64,000 nucleotides of DNA from Raillietiella orientalis (taxonomy: Eukaryota), in contig JAYWIR010000012.1 of NCBI GenBank assembly GCA_036172245.1, positions 1-64,000 of the forward strand, in the 5' to 3' direction. Of the stretch, positions 14,235-26,372 are shown piece after piece. The notes under the pieces are model-generated. The model did no database searches. It was not told the DNA's origin and was given only the letters and a program-made list of their open reading frames with translations. Both the position numbers and the translations under genes were made by a program. Within the stretch, counting starts at the first letter, position 1. Each line of letters begins with the position of its first letter.

Positions 14235-17200
14235 TCGCCTGAAGTGTTTCGTGTAATGCCTGTGAAAGGCTTCCACGATATCTTCATACGACCGTCTTAC
14301 TGGATGCAGAAGATATCTGTTGCCAGATTTCTCTTCTCCAGAAGGCCGACTTCCTTTTTATGTTGTTGAAGACGTACGGACTCTCGTACTGATCGAAGTA
14401 CTTTGAGAGTGAGCGATCTTGGATGTTCAGCTCCCGCTACGCCTCCTGCCTCAAGCGCCTATCCCCGAATTCCATATTTGCAAACAGGTGTATCCTGTGT
14501 TTCAAGCTGTCCCAGTCAACGACTCTTCTGATTTTTGTGGTCTTCAGAATCGTCTCCAGAACCTCCTGATTTCCAGGATGTGTCCCGAACTAGGTGGGCA
14601 CGCTGATGAGCGCCGCCCTGGTGCCTTGCCTCCGCCGAGGATTCTCCGTTCTTATGGAAAACCGCACCAACGGTGATCGGACAGAGTGAACAATGTGTCT
14701 CGAAAACCCTGAATGCGATTCCCTAGTTCGGTGCTGTGGAGGACGTGATCGATCGGCTTGTGGCTTGCTGTTCGCCACACCAGTCCGAACTCGTCGGAGA
14801 GCCGCCGATACGCCGTCGTTCCTCTGGCGTCTTGGGAATGAGTGATCTCATCCAGCATGTTGAAATCACCAGCAACAATCACGACTCCTTGGGGGCGACG
14901 TTTTCACGGAGTGCTGCATGCAGCGCCTCCGCACAACGATGTTTCAGCCACTGCGGCCCGTAAACGTTCACCTGGATGAGGTGAACAGTAGCGCACCAGA
15001 CCAGTCGCACGCCGTTGATTCGTCCGGGTTGGGAACAGAACACTTCCAGAAGAGTGGGGGCCAAGTGGTTCTTTATTAGGACCGCCACACCCTGCGTGTT
15101 CGTTTCTCCCTCGCTGACAAACATCTGCCCGTTGAATCGCCGTTCCATTTGCTGACTAATCTCGAGACCCATCTTGTGGGTCTCCTGCAGGCACACTATG
15201 TCTTGGTGTGCGATGGTCCGCACAATCCTTTTTCTTTTTCCCTGGTCGACCACACCGTTTACATTCCAGGAGGCGATGTTCAGCCTCCTGGCGGTCGATA
15301 GGGAAGAGGCCATAAAAGGGGAAGACCTATTTCTTGGCCTTCCTGAGCTTCTTCTGTCTGAGAGACCGTGTTCTTCCAGACGATGAAGAAGTAGCGGGAA
15401 TCTCGCTGCCGGCGTCACTCTCCGTTCCAGTGAGGTCGGTTACTTCCGCCTCCTCCGTAGAGTGTTTGGCTCTCGCGATCAATTTTCGAGATGGCGCCTC
15501 TATCTCGACCTTGGGGCAGAAGTTCGCCTTTACGTCGAGAAGCTGTTCTTCTAGCGTCTCGTGCTCGGTGACCACCACAACCTGGTCCACCTTGTCCTGT
15601 TCATTGCAGAACTTCTGCAAGATTTTCTCTTGCTGAGACCCGCTTTGCACCTTCATCACTTCCTCCGCTAGTGTTACCAACTCCTCCGTGGACTGCAGGG
15701 CCTCCAGCGACACTGGAGTGGCTTCCTGGGCTACCTCCATCTTTTCGCCTTCCTGCGCTGCTCCTTCTAGGATAAGAGGGGTTTCTTGCTCCTTGACGAG
15801 CATCCTCCCCTTTTCTTTCTTTCCTACCTCAATGAAGCCGTCCGTCGATACCTGGACGGCTTCCTTCACCTTCTTCGGCCTTCCTGCCAACTTCTGAGGC
15901 TGTTCGGCCTCCTTGATGTTTCTTTCTCTCACGGGAGTCTTCGAATCCTTCTGCAATTGGCCAATTTCGGACAGCTCCATTTAGCATGTCCGTGCTTCTT
16001 GTAGAAGGAGCACACCTCCGGTTGCGGGCAGTTTCGGACTTGATGTCCTACTGTGCCGCAGCGGAAGAAACGGCATTTCGGGAAACTGCCGGCCCTGTGG
16101 CCGAACTGCTTGCACCCGGTGCATAATACCGGTTGTTGCCGGTAGCGCACGTTCTCTCCCTGGGATTGTTCGTCAATAAACGCCAACCCAGGTATAACAG
16201 CTCCCTACTTCATCTTCATATTAGCGATCATGTCGTCAGCAAATATATTTCCAGAGAAGTTCTGGAATTCAAGGTCCAGAACCTCCCCAAACTGCTCCAA
16301 AAAAGTTCCACACCGTTAGCTGCGGTGAGGATTGAAATGCCGTTTATGAAGACGGTTGTGTATGGCATCTCGCCAATACCACAAACCATCCTTCCTTGAA
16401 TATTGATCCCCTTCTGGATCAGTCTCTCTCCAATGCTTTCACAGTCTGTAAATACTGTGAAACTGTTAGTGGGTATAATCGCCTGTATGCGATCAAAGTT
16501 GATGTCTGTTTTATCCAGGGACAGATACACCTCCCTGATGTTATTAAATTTTATCAGCCCAGTCTTGAAAATAACGGGCTTTAGATTCGGCTTTAGCTCG
16601 ACGATCGGCCGATCTACCTTTTGCACTTTTCCGTATAGCGGCTTTCCAAATTTCCTTCGCGGGTGGACACTAGCTTGTCCAGCCGCCACCGACGCATAGG
16701 AAAAGGGCTCCGCCGCCGCAGCCGAACAAGATGGTGTCACGCCCTGTACCGCGTGAACGCCCGCGGATCCCGCCTGGGACGCCGCCGCTGCGGGCGCAGC
16801 CCTCGATGTTGTCACCGTTGCCGCCTCCGGCAGCACCCTCAGCATCGCCGCCGCAGGCGCGTCCTTCCCCGCCGCGGGCACGAACCTCGGCGTCGCCGCC
16901 GCGGGCACGACCGCCACCGCCGTCGCCGCGGGCACGACTCTTGGCATCGCCGCCGCCTGCGCAGCAAAGCCCGCAACGGGTGCGATCCTCGGCATGCCTG
17001 CCGCCGCTTCGCCGTTGCCGCACGTTCTATCCATGGCTTCCATGGGGGACGACGGCCTCTCCATTCCTCCTCCAGGTGCCTGCATCCTGGCAGCTGGTCT
17101 TGCTGCACGGGACCACTGCAGGTCTTCCGCCGTCATCTCCTCGGCGCTTCTTTTGTAGCTGTATGGGCAGACCCTATGCAGCACACTCTAGTCCACACTC

Positions 17201-17252
17201 ACTTTTTTCTGGACATTTCCCTCTCCGGGCACACACGATCACAATTAACTGA
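14235..17252 (-). mobile_element. E7: divergent third-subfamily L1/Tx1 element, ORF1 (Ala-rich N-terminus, three CCHC knuckles, stop 15327) + ORF2 APE (ATG 15313), truncated before RT
   Basis: FSYASVAAG; knuckle-like CTGCKQFGH, RCGTVGHQVRNC, CSFYKKHGHAKWSC; APE SWNVNG, CLQETH, NVYGP, AGDFN, IDH, SDH. Confidence 0.92.
16770..17010 (-). repeat. Degenerate GC-rich coding repeat (AAAMPRVVP-like) in E7 ORF1
   Basis: Repeated peptides AAAGMPRIAP, AAAMPRVVP, AAATPRFVP, AAAMLRVLP. Confidence 0.75.
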
Positions 17253-17254
17253 TT

Positions 17255-20200
17255 AACCGTCGTCGTGCGCGCAATGCAATGAACCTCGAAGCCAGGTCAC
17301 CAACTCGGTAAGAGAGGAGCGATCTCCCGACTGACAAGAAGCTGAGAACGCTGCCTCCTTTTAAAGGCGTGGCGAAAGCAGCGCCCCTAGAGGCGGTAGC
17401 GAAAACTCCGGAGGTTTCCGAGAGGAAAGTCGCGGAAGCGTCCGAAAATCATGACGGCGAATGGAAGGTTGTAAAGAGGAGAAAAGAAAAATCTCCCAAC
17501 AAGGCTTCGCAACTTCCATCCGTTAGCTCCTTGAAGGCAAAGAACAGCCGCGTGACCAAGAAAACACGCGCGGAGGGTTCTTCTGCCTTGGAAAAAACCA
17601 GAGCCGTCAACGCGTGCAAGTCCGCCTCTATGACCGCAGAGAAGACGATTCCGGTGCGATCGGACGGATGCAAGCGCACGCCGATCGTGCGAGCATCAGA
17701 CTCCGCAAAGGAGTCCGATAGCGCCGCTGAACGACGCGTTACTCGCGCGGGAGCAAGCGCCCGCAGGGCTGAAGCCCTGAGGCGTGACACACTCGCCGCG
17801 GAACGGCGAGTGCTCACCCCGGAACCCACAGGTTCTGCACCCGGGGGGGAGCACTCGATTACGTGCAGCACAGTTGAGGCCGGCGGCGACCGCGCCCTCC
17901 AGCCCGTCGTGTTCCTTACTGCCCGCTCGCCGGGTGAGGCGAGCACCACGGCCTCGCTTTCCCAGCCGTGATGTGGGCAATCCCGTCTTCTCGTCGTGTT
18001 GCCGTGACGTCTTGGAACGTCAACGGACTCCAACACGAGGAGAAGAGGCGACTAGTGGCTCACGCTCTGCGCGCCTTCGACTTGACGCTCCTGCAGGAGA
18101 TTCACAGGATATCCGAAGAGCAGGTAGCCGAAATCGAACGGCGCGCGGGCGGAACGCTACTTTGTAGGTGCGGCGTTGCACGTACGTGCGGCGTCGCTTT
18201 CCTCATGCGAGGAACTTTGGCGGGAGCGGTGCGCGGCGTTCGCTTCGACACGGAAGGCCGAGTGGGACAACTTGTACTCAAGTGTGCCGACTCGATCGAC
18301 CTTGTCTTAACGAACGTGTACGCAGCGAGCGGTGCTGGACGATGGGCCGAAAACATTGAGTTCTTCGGTACCGTTCAGAGCCAGTGGCTCACTCGTTCTC
18401 ACCCTACTGTGGCGCATCTGATTGCGGGGGACTTTAACGTCCACCTGCTGACCGAGAATAGCGCACACAAAATGGAAAAGTTGCTAGTGGAAGAGATGTA
18501 CGCGTCCGTGCACGCGTGCAACTTGTTCGCTAACGACCCTGTTATGCCGACTTCACCGGACCATGTATTCCCCGATGAACACTTGCTCTCTCGAGTGGGT
18601 CGGAAAGGTCCCATGCCGTCCGTGCTTTCAGACCACAACAAGCTCGAGTTCGAGTTGTTCCCGCCAGGCAAGAGGCCTCCAAACTGTGTTTGGAGGATGC
18701 CGGAAGACTGGTTAAGTCACCCGGAGGCGGCGGAGCATCTCCTTCAGTACCTCCGGACCTTCGTCATCCGCGAACTCGCGGACTGGCATCATTTAAAGAG
18801 ATCAGTCCGCGAGTTCTGCGAACGGTTTCCCTTGAACCGCCTTCCGCGAGGCTTTGGAGAAGGGGTCGCCAACAGCAGGACTTTCCTGCAGGCGCGCACC
18901 TTTTTCAGACGCGCTGTCAGCCGGCTTGCGGAATACAAGGCGAGAGCCGAGCGCCAGGTCTGGCCGTCTGGATTATTTTGCTTGCTCGACGAAAAAAGGC
19001 CTGGAGTGCTCGACTCCAGTCGGTACTCGCCGCCTCGTAAGGCGTTATTACTCCTCGCTATGCGCGGAAGCGCCTACGGAAAATACCTTTTCGGAGATAC
19101 TTCTGTCCCAGGATGCTCCCTTTGTTAGCATGTCTCGACGAGTCCTTCACGGCAAAGGAAATTTCCTCGGCTATCGCGGGACTCAGGAGACGAAAAGGAC
19201 CAGGTGAGGACGGGCTACCCGCGGAGTTCTATCAGAGCTTCTCGGCGGAACTCGTCGCTCTGGTGCTTAGCCTCCTCGCTGATGAGGGACTAGGGGAATG
19301 TCCCCAATTCCTTCCGCTCAGAGAGGGTGCGTCTCCTACTGAAAGGTGGAGACCCACGCCATCTCAACAACTGGCGTCCGATCACCCTGGTGAACTCGGA
19401 CGTCAAGTTGTTCTCTAAGCTGTGGGTTTCGCGGCTAGGGGGAATCGCGTAGTCCTTGGTAAGCCTTAGGCTTACAGACTTAGGCTGTTCTCGGGTGGTC
19501 CATGGACGCGAACCTCCTGTTTGCCCGCACCTCGATGCAGCTGCAGGAGCGCGTAGCGCAGCAAAGCCGATCCGTGTCCAAGGCTGCTGCCAAAGGCACA
19601 CGGTATCGATAGAAGCGGCAGGAGGGTACGCCTGGTGCCTTCGCGGTCTCAGTCGACCTGCAAAAGGCGTTCGATTGCTTGAACCAAGGGCTCTTATTAG
19701 AGCTCTGGAACGCCTGGGTCTCCCGGCGCATCTCCTGAAGTACTTGCGCACAAGCTGGAGCCACGCGCTAACCTGCATTTCTTTTAGCGGCTGCCACGTG
19801 TGCGGTATTCCCGTGCGCAGGGGCATCAGACAGAATGACAGCTTAAGCCCGTTGCTCTTCAGCATCTTCTTCGAGTTGGTGCTGAGGGCGTACAGGCTGA
19901 CGCTGGAATACCTGCCTAGCTCCTGCCCGGATACGCATGCCGTGGCTGCCTATGCAGACGACCTGCTTCTTTTGCTCCCCATGTCCACCCCGGCGGCCAG
20001 TGTCGAAGATTTCTTTGAACTGATTCGTCGGGGAGCGGGCGTGAGTGTGAACCGGAAGAAGAGCGCGGTCGTACCTGTAGGAGCGTCGTGGGAGGGGCAG
20101 TCCGACTGGATCCGCCTGGGGATCCCCACGGCAGGGTATTTCAAGTACCTTGGAGTTCCGCTGGGCGACCTCGGTTCTGCCGAGGCGTGGTCGGACTGCC

Positions 20201-21858
20201 TTCAAAAGGCAGAGTTGGCAGCCAGCCCGTTCACTAACGGCAAGTTCACCTTGCCGGAACGGGCAACTATTTGGAACACCTTCGTGGCCCCCCTCCTTCG
20301 ACCCCTGTATTTTGTCTTGGACCCCCCCTATGCGGCGAAACAGCGGGCTAAACGCCTGCTCAGGAACGCACTCTGGGGTCCGGCGCAATCCAGGATCCGC
20401 CTGAAAGACCTCCCTGGTCCACGTCGGGATGCTGGGCTTGGAATCCTGACGATGGAGAGAATCGGACTGCAAATGCAGTTCCGGATGCTCGCACTGTGTG
20501 CTAAGCTATGGACTTCCCCCCTGTGTGTGCCCGCGCGCATCCTCCTAAGGAGGTGTGCAGGCAGTGAAGGACTTCTTTCCTTGGTGCCTGGCATGCGTCA
20601 CAGGAAAGAGGGATTTGGCTATCCTCTGAGGCAAATCGCCTCCCTATTGGATTTCCTGCTGCCCGATGAACTACAATGCTTGGCGGCAGGAATCCATAGA
20701 TTCTTGGGCTGTATCCTTAGAAATGAGCCGTGAAGATCTCCGCCCCCTGTGTCGATTTCAACCTTGGTCCCTCCAAGATGTCATGCAGGACGAGGTGAAG
20801 TTTTCCGCCCTGGACGCCACGCCCCTCGCCGAAGCACTCTCTGCACTCGAGGATCGAGATGACAGTAGCCAGCCGGCGAAGTGAGAGTTCTGCACCATTG
20901 CAGGAAGAACAAAACCAGTTGGCGAATAGGCCACGAGCGATCTTGCGGATGCCGCCACTCCTCGTGCAACACCAAAGGCATTACTTTGGTGGGGAGAAGC
21001 ACTAGGTGTTGCCTCCGAGGAACTTACAATCTCTCCTTGGTGTTTCGACGGTTCGGTGTTTCCCCTTGCATGGAAGCAAGGCGTCTTGCTCTTCTTGCAC
21101 TGGGGCTTGCGCTACAACGAGCGGCGCCACCTAGTTTCCGGTGGGGTGGCTTCTCCCTACTGTGCCCGGTGCGGAGCGACGGAGACGTTCCCGCACCTTG
21201 TTATGGACTGCGGTGCCCTGCAGGAACTCTGGCGGAGGCTAGCAGCAGCTCTCCCGCCTCCGGGGGACACCGCTCGAGAAGTGCTGCGACGGTTCTTCCA
21301 GCCACAAGGACTTTCGATGGCTGCGACGATTTCCACTGTTGGTTGCATCCGTGCCATCCTCACGGTCCGAGACTTGCTGGAGAACACTGGACAGCAATGT
21401 TGTGTCACCAGGAAGGCAGGCGACATCGTCAGGTCGGCAGCTGGGTGGCGACACTTATGGGAAGACATAGCGGAGCAGCTAACCGGTATCCATCGCCGGA
21501 TGAGCAACGGCTTAGAACGACGAACACGGTGATCTGCCCTCATTTTACTTTGAATTGATTTTTTTCTTTTTTTCTTTTTTTGTCGCGTTCTTTTGCCTAT
21601 ACGCTCCGCAAGGGTTTTGGTGCTAAAACTTTTGAGTTTCTCGGTGACTGCGGAGCGTCACCAAAGTTCCCTGGCCCACTCCTCCAGTTTACCATTTTCT
21701 TTTTTTTTTTTTTGGACACCCCTCAGTCGTCCATGTTCTTCCGTCTTCCTGGCCTGCGTGCCAGTGGTGAAGCTCCGCTGCATGTTTTCATAGTCGTGGG
21801 CTGGAAACAACTGTTTCTAGCTCGTCTATATCAATAAACGTCCCGGCGTGACCGGGTG
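17255..21858 (+). mobile_element. E8: Tx1-like element, ORF1 3' half + full-span decayed ORF2 (17971-21532) + 3' UTR
   Basis: APE WNVNG, QEIH, NVYA, GDFN, DH, SDH; RT GPGEDGLPAEFY, GIRQNDSLSP, YADD, KYLG; CARCGATETFPHLVMDC; AATAAA 21833-21838 + hairpin 21842-21856. Confidence 0.95.
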
Positions 21859-21862
21859 AAAA

Positions 21863-24564
21863 ATTACAACGTTCGCTTTCATGAGAGACGGACGTGATTT
21901 CGTGTGACTGCGTTGATCCGCTATTTGGTTGCGTTTGTGCGTCCCACTGCATATCCCTAAGGATGAGCAGGGAACAACACAACGTGGAAGACCTAGAGCC
22001 TGTGGTTCAGGAACTTCCAGCAGCTGGAGCGATTCCGACAACCTGTGCGAGCCCCGCGCCATCGGCGAGGAGCTTCGCGGATGTGGCCGCTTCTGCGTCT
22101 GTGCAAGGATGCCTCCCCGACCAAGCGGAGATGCAGGCATATGTAGCCCATGGCCACAAACTTGCTACAATGTAAGTGGGTTAGGCAAGGCTGGGTACGA
22201 GTTCGCGGACGAACTTTTCCGTGTTGGAGTGCGATAGGAGGACCTCATAGCATTCATGCCTGTTCCAGCATTGGGCTATGTGAAGGTCCGATGCAAGCAG
22301 GCTGAGCTTGTGCAGAGGCTCCTCCGCACTCTTTTGTCCATTTGCGGGAAAAAAGTTCTTCCTTCCGCGATGGACGAGTCTTTTGTCGTTTTTCTCTCGG
22401 ACGTAGAGCCGGAGATCAACGACAAAGTTGATGGACGCGTTGGCGAATTTCGCCACCGTTCATGCGGTGTGGAGGAAGGGGAGTTTTTACAAAAATTCCC
22501 CTCCGTCCACACAGGATTTGCTGCGGTTTGGATTACCGTTCCTAACCGCCGCACGCTGCCTGCCACGCTACAGATCAACGGCACGGTCGTTCACTTGTGG
22601 TTCGTTGGCAAAATGCGCGCGTGCGAGCAATGCGGCAAAGGGCAAAGAATGCCCTTCCCCGAAGTGCCGCTATTGCAAGGAGTCCGGGCATCAAATCAGG
22701 CAGTGCCCGGGCATTGCAAAAATGAAGGAGGCCGCTAGACTTCGGCGCGTTAAAGAGAGCGCCGAAAAGAAAGCAGCAGTCTGAAAAAAGCGAGGAGACG
22801 CGCGAATGCCTGCCAAAAACCGCACAGGAACGTGGCGTCTCAAGAGGCTTCATCTGCCTCAAAGCCCCGAAAGGGAAATCGGCCGGCAGGGAAGCCTATT
22901 AAAAAAAAACGCGAAAGCTCCGTGCGTGCCGTCACTGATCCCATAGCGGAAAAAGGAGTTACCGCCCCAGGAATGGGGTCAGTGAAGCCGTTTACACCGG
23001 GCGACAGCGCGATAGGGGGACACGCGAATCGCACTTTCGCGACAACGGTCTCATCAAGCTCCTTGTCCATTGCGGGGGCTTTGATATGAAACCCCAGAAA
23101 GGAAGCTGGGATTCTGGCGAGAAAAGCCGGAAAAAGCGGTGGCGAGTCGTTAGAAAACTCGCCGTAACCAGCCGCATCTTCCCCAACGCGGCAGTCGACG
23201 AGCAATCACCCGAATGCCCAAGGGGCTCTGCCATTGCCGCCATTTCAGGGAGCAGCGAAAGCTGCGCCCCAGGCGGTTGGAAAGGAAAACCCAAAGCCAT
23301 TCCTCACGAAAGCCGTAGTTATGGAGCACTCCTTGGTGCGTTCCGGCCCGCCTTCAAGCCAGCCGTGTCTCCAGGACGCAAGGACTCGCGTCTTAGCTTC
23401 TGTGCTCCGGTCGGAAGATACGAAGATGCGGACTTCTCCTGGGACGCATGGCCACCCTGGCAAAGGAGAACGGGTGGATGGCCTGCAGCCCCGCCAACTC
23501 CAGCGCATGGCTGGAAGAAACAGTTGGAACGTGGGCAAAGTTGAAAGACATCAGTGGAGAATCCTGCAACCGCCTGCGCACCGGCATCTACACCCTCTGC
23601 ACGCTGCGGAACATGATCGTGTGTCCCGCCAGAAGCACTTCGGCGGAGACGACCCCACTGGCCACTGAGCTGCCTTTCCTACGAAGGGCGCTTCAAAACA
23701 GCCTTAAGCCGAGATGGCAAGTCTCCTGCAGGATAGCGGCCACGGAGAAGGATCTAAGCGGGTAGACCATGAGGGAACTGGCAGACGCCGCAACCCCAAG
23801 CGTTCACCCGCATGGAATACGGAGATGGGGCGAGCTGTTTGGCATCCCGGCGGATGACCTAGAGTGGCCCCCGTTGTTCATAGACTCATCCACCCTCCCC
23901 CTCAAGTGGCAGGAAACGGCGCTTTGTTGTTGCACTGGGGTCTTCTCTGCAACGCGCGCCGCCACCACTGGACGTTGTGGAACATGGAACAGAACTGTGC
24001 AGTGTGCGAGGAGAAGGAATCCCTCCCCCATCTGTTAGTGAACTGCGCTGCCCTCCAGATTCTGTGGGAACGGCCCTTAGGATACCGTTTGGCGGCAACT
24101 CCAGAAAAGTTTACAGTCTTCTCTTCGTGGGGGACGCCCTGAGAGCAGCTGCGGCCCTAGCAGCACTTTGCTGCATCCGTGGTATTGTGGAGGCCTGGAG
24201 TGAAGCAGAAGATGAAGATTGCAACGTAACGGACGTCGTCCCATATGCTGTTCGCTTCCTGCAGAGAGCTACCGGATGGCCCCAGCTGAGTAGATTCGAG
24301 GACCTCGAGGGCATCCTGCAAAGGATGAACCTTCCTCCCAGTGGGCAGTGATCCCTTCCCCTCCCTCCAAAAATTTTTTTTTCGGTTATTGTTTTATTTT
24401 TCTTTTTGTTTTTCTCCCTTCCCCTCCCACTGCCGAGGAGAGTCACGCTGGTCTGCGTCCCGGCGTCCCGTAGACGGCGAAGTGTTGGCCGTTAGTGGGA
24501 ACTTGTACCACGTATTATGCTGACCTTTGGAAAAGTTTGAATAAAGTCCCGGCGTACCCGGGTG
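21863..24564 (+). mobile_element. E9: internally deleted or chimeric Tx1-like element, 5' UTR + ORF1 (ATG 21963) joined at ~23315 to the post-RT end of ORF2 + 3' UTR
   Basis: RSFADVAA, CRYCKESGHQIRQC; from ~23320 LWSTPWCVPARL...CAVCEEKESLPHLLVNC; no APE or RT motifs between; AATAAA 24540-24545 + hairpin 24548-24562. Confidence 0.88.
21889..21896 (+). promoter_or_regulatory. CGGACGTG DPE-like motif of E9
   Basis: Identical octamer about 70 nt upstream of the ORF1 ATG. Confidence 0.6.
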
Positions 24565-24599
24565 GCATCGCTTCAGTCGCCAAAAACCTTTGAAATTCC

Positions 24600-25400
24600 C
24601 CAAAAAACAGCGTTCACCAAGGAAAAGCAGTGCTCTCTGCCCGTTCCAACGTAAGAAGTTCGTCTTGTGAGAGAGCGCCTTCAACTGAAACACCTTCGTT
24701 GTCCCCTTCACCATCCCGTCTTTTCTGTTCGTGAGTTACCCCAATCAGCCAAGCTGCGGACGCATCGCCTGTTGAAGAACGTTCTGCGGGGGCTACTAGG
24801 GTGCACGATACTCCTCGAAGACGTGGCGGCACCGCGGCGGGATGCCGGTTTGGATATCCTGACGCTCGACACGATCATCCCGCAAATGCAGTTCCTAAAG
24901 TGCAAGACTTTGGCGCCAAGCAATGCAAGACTCCGTAGTGTGTTCCAGCGCGCCTGCTACTGCAGTGCTGTACTGACAGCGATGGAGTGCCTTCGTTGCT
25001 GTTGCACTCCCAACGCACCAGGGCAGAATTCTGCTTTCCGCTTAGGCGGCTCACTTCGATCCTAGAAACTCATTCGTGGATCTGCTGCCTAACGAACTTT
25101 CACGCGTTGAAGCAGGAGACCTTATCGCTCTAAGCAACTAATCAAGAGCTTCCGCCTCCAGGAACTCGTTGCGCTCATGCTTCCTCGTGCTGGGCGGTGG
25201 TAGATATGTTGCAGGACCAGGGAAAGTGAACTCGTCTGGCCGCTACGTCCCACGCAGCAGTGTGCCCCAAGGGCAAGCGATGATAGTTGTCCGCCGGCGG
25301 GATGGAAGTATCCTGCAGAACTGCTGGAGAAACAAGATCGTTGAGAAGCTGGAAGACGAGAGAATGGCAGACGCTTCCACTCTTCGAATGTTTTGATAAG
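24600..25400 (+). mobile_element. F10: more decayed post-RT ORF2 fragment of the Tx1-like family
   Basis: RLLKNVLRG...LEDVAAPRRDAGLDILTL matches LKDLAAPRRDAGLGILTL of E13; many stops. Confidence 0.8.
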
Positions 25401-26243
25401 GGTTGCCTTCGCCATAGAAAGTAGACAGAAAGTTGAAAGGTAAACAGAGATGCAGATGAGTGGAGTAAAGATTCTGGTAACCTTGTCAGTCTTTTGCAAT
25501 CCCGACTCTCCATTTCAGAATAGATGCTCATTTATTGTCACCACATGCGCTCTGGTGCACTGCTGCACTGAGGCTCCCCATTTTGGATCGATGACGCGCA
25601 GGAATAAACGTGGAGAGCCGGTTGCAGGGCGAGATGTAGGCTGCACAGAACGCATTTAGCAGAATGGGCTTCCCAGTAAGTGTGCGCTCGGTATAGCTGC
25701 TGCCTTCGCCTTCTGGAAAGTGCTTGCCTACCATGCTCGGGTGACTTTGGATGTACCACCTTGGTATCATCCTTCAGTTGTTTTCCTTGAAAAAAGAGAA
25801 ACGCTCCAACAGAGGCGTTCACCATCTCAATTTCCCAGGGATTTCTAACGATCTGTAATACGGTTCGAGCACCAGGTCATGTGAGCTGACTTGCTGCAGC
25901 CTTGTGGCAGTGGAAAGGCGATGAGAACGCCATATGATCCCTAAGCAGTCTTCCGAGCTGCGAAAGGCACGAAAACCTACATACCGCTGGTGCTGTTGTG
26001 AATCACGCTTCTTCCCAGCCCTGCAGCTCGCTGCACAGAAAGCAAACCGCACAATGCCAGAAGCGCAACAGAACGCAAGAAATGCGAAGGAAAGCTTCAA
26101 TGATGGCAGCTGAACCGAGAACCAATCGCATAGCCGTCCTTTCGCATCAGCGTGGAAGTTCTTCGGCAGGCAGGAGTCTGCCTCGTACGTGCTATGCTTC
26201 ATTCTTTCTTCGTAATACGGCCCTTGATTTTATCCTTCTGCAG

Positions 26244-26372
26244 GTGTTCAGTATCCTGGAACAAGAGATCGAAAACCTGCAATTCTTCCTGCATTTCTCT
26301 GATAATAAGCCGTTTCGCGCGACTGGAAGAATGACAGAGGAAGTGGCGCCTGTGCTTCCACAGTTGGCGAAG
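26244..26372 (+). other. Candidate isolated coding exon (43 codons, unknown product)
   Basis: Acceptor ttttatccttctgcag, donor AAG|gtgagt, open frame VFSILEQEIENLQFFLHFSDNKPFRATGRMTEEVAPVLPQLAK; no partner exons found. Confidence 0.3.
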
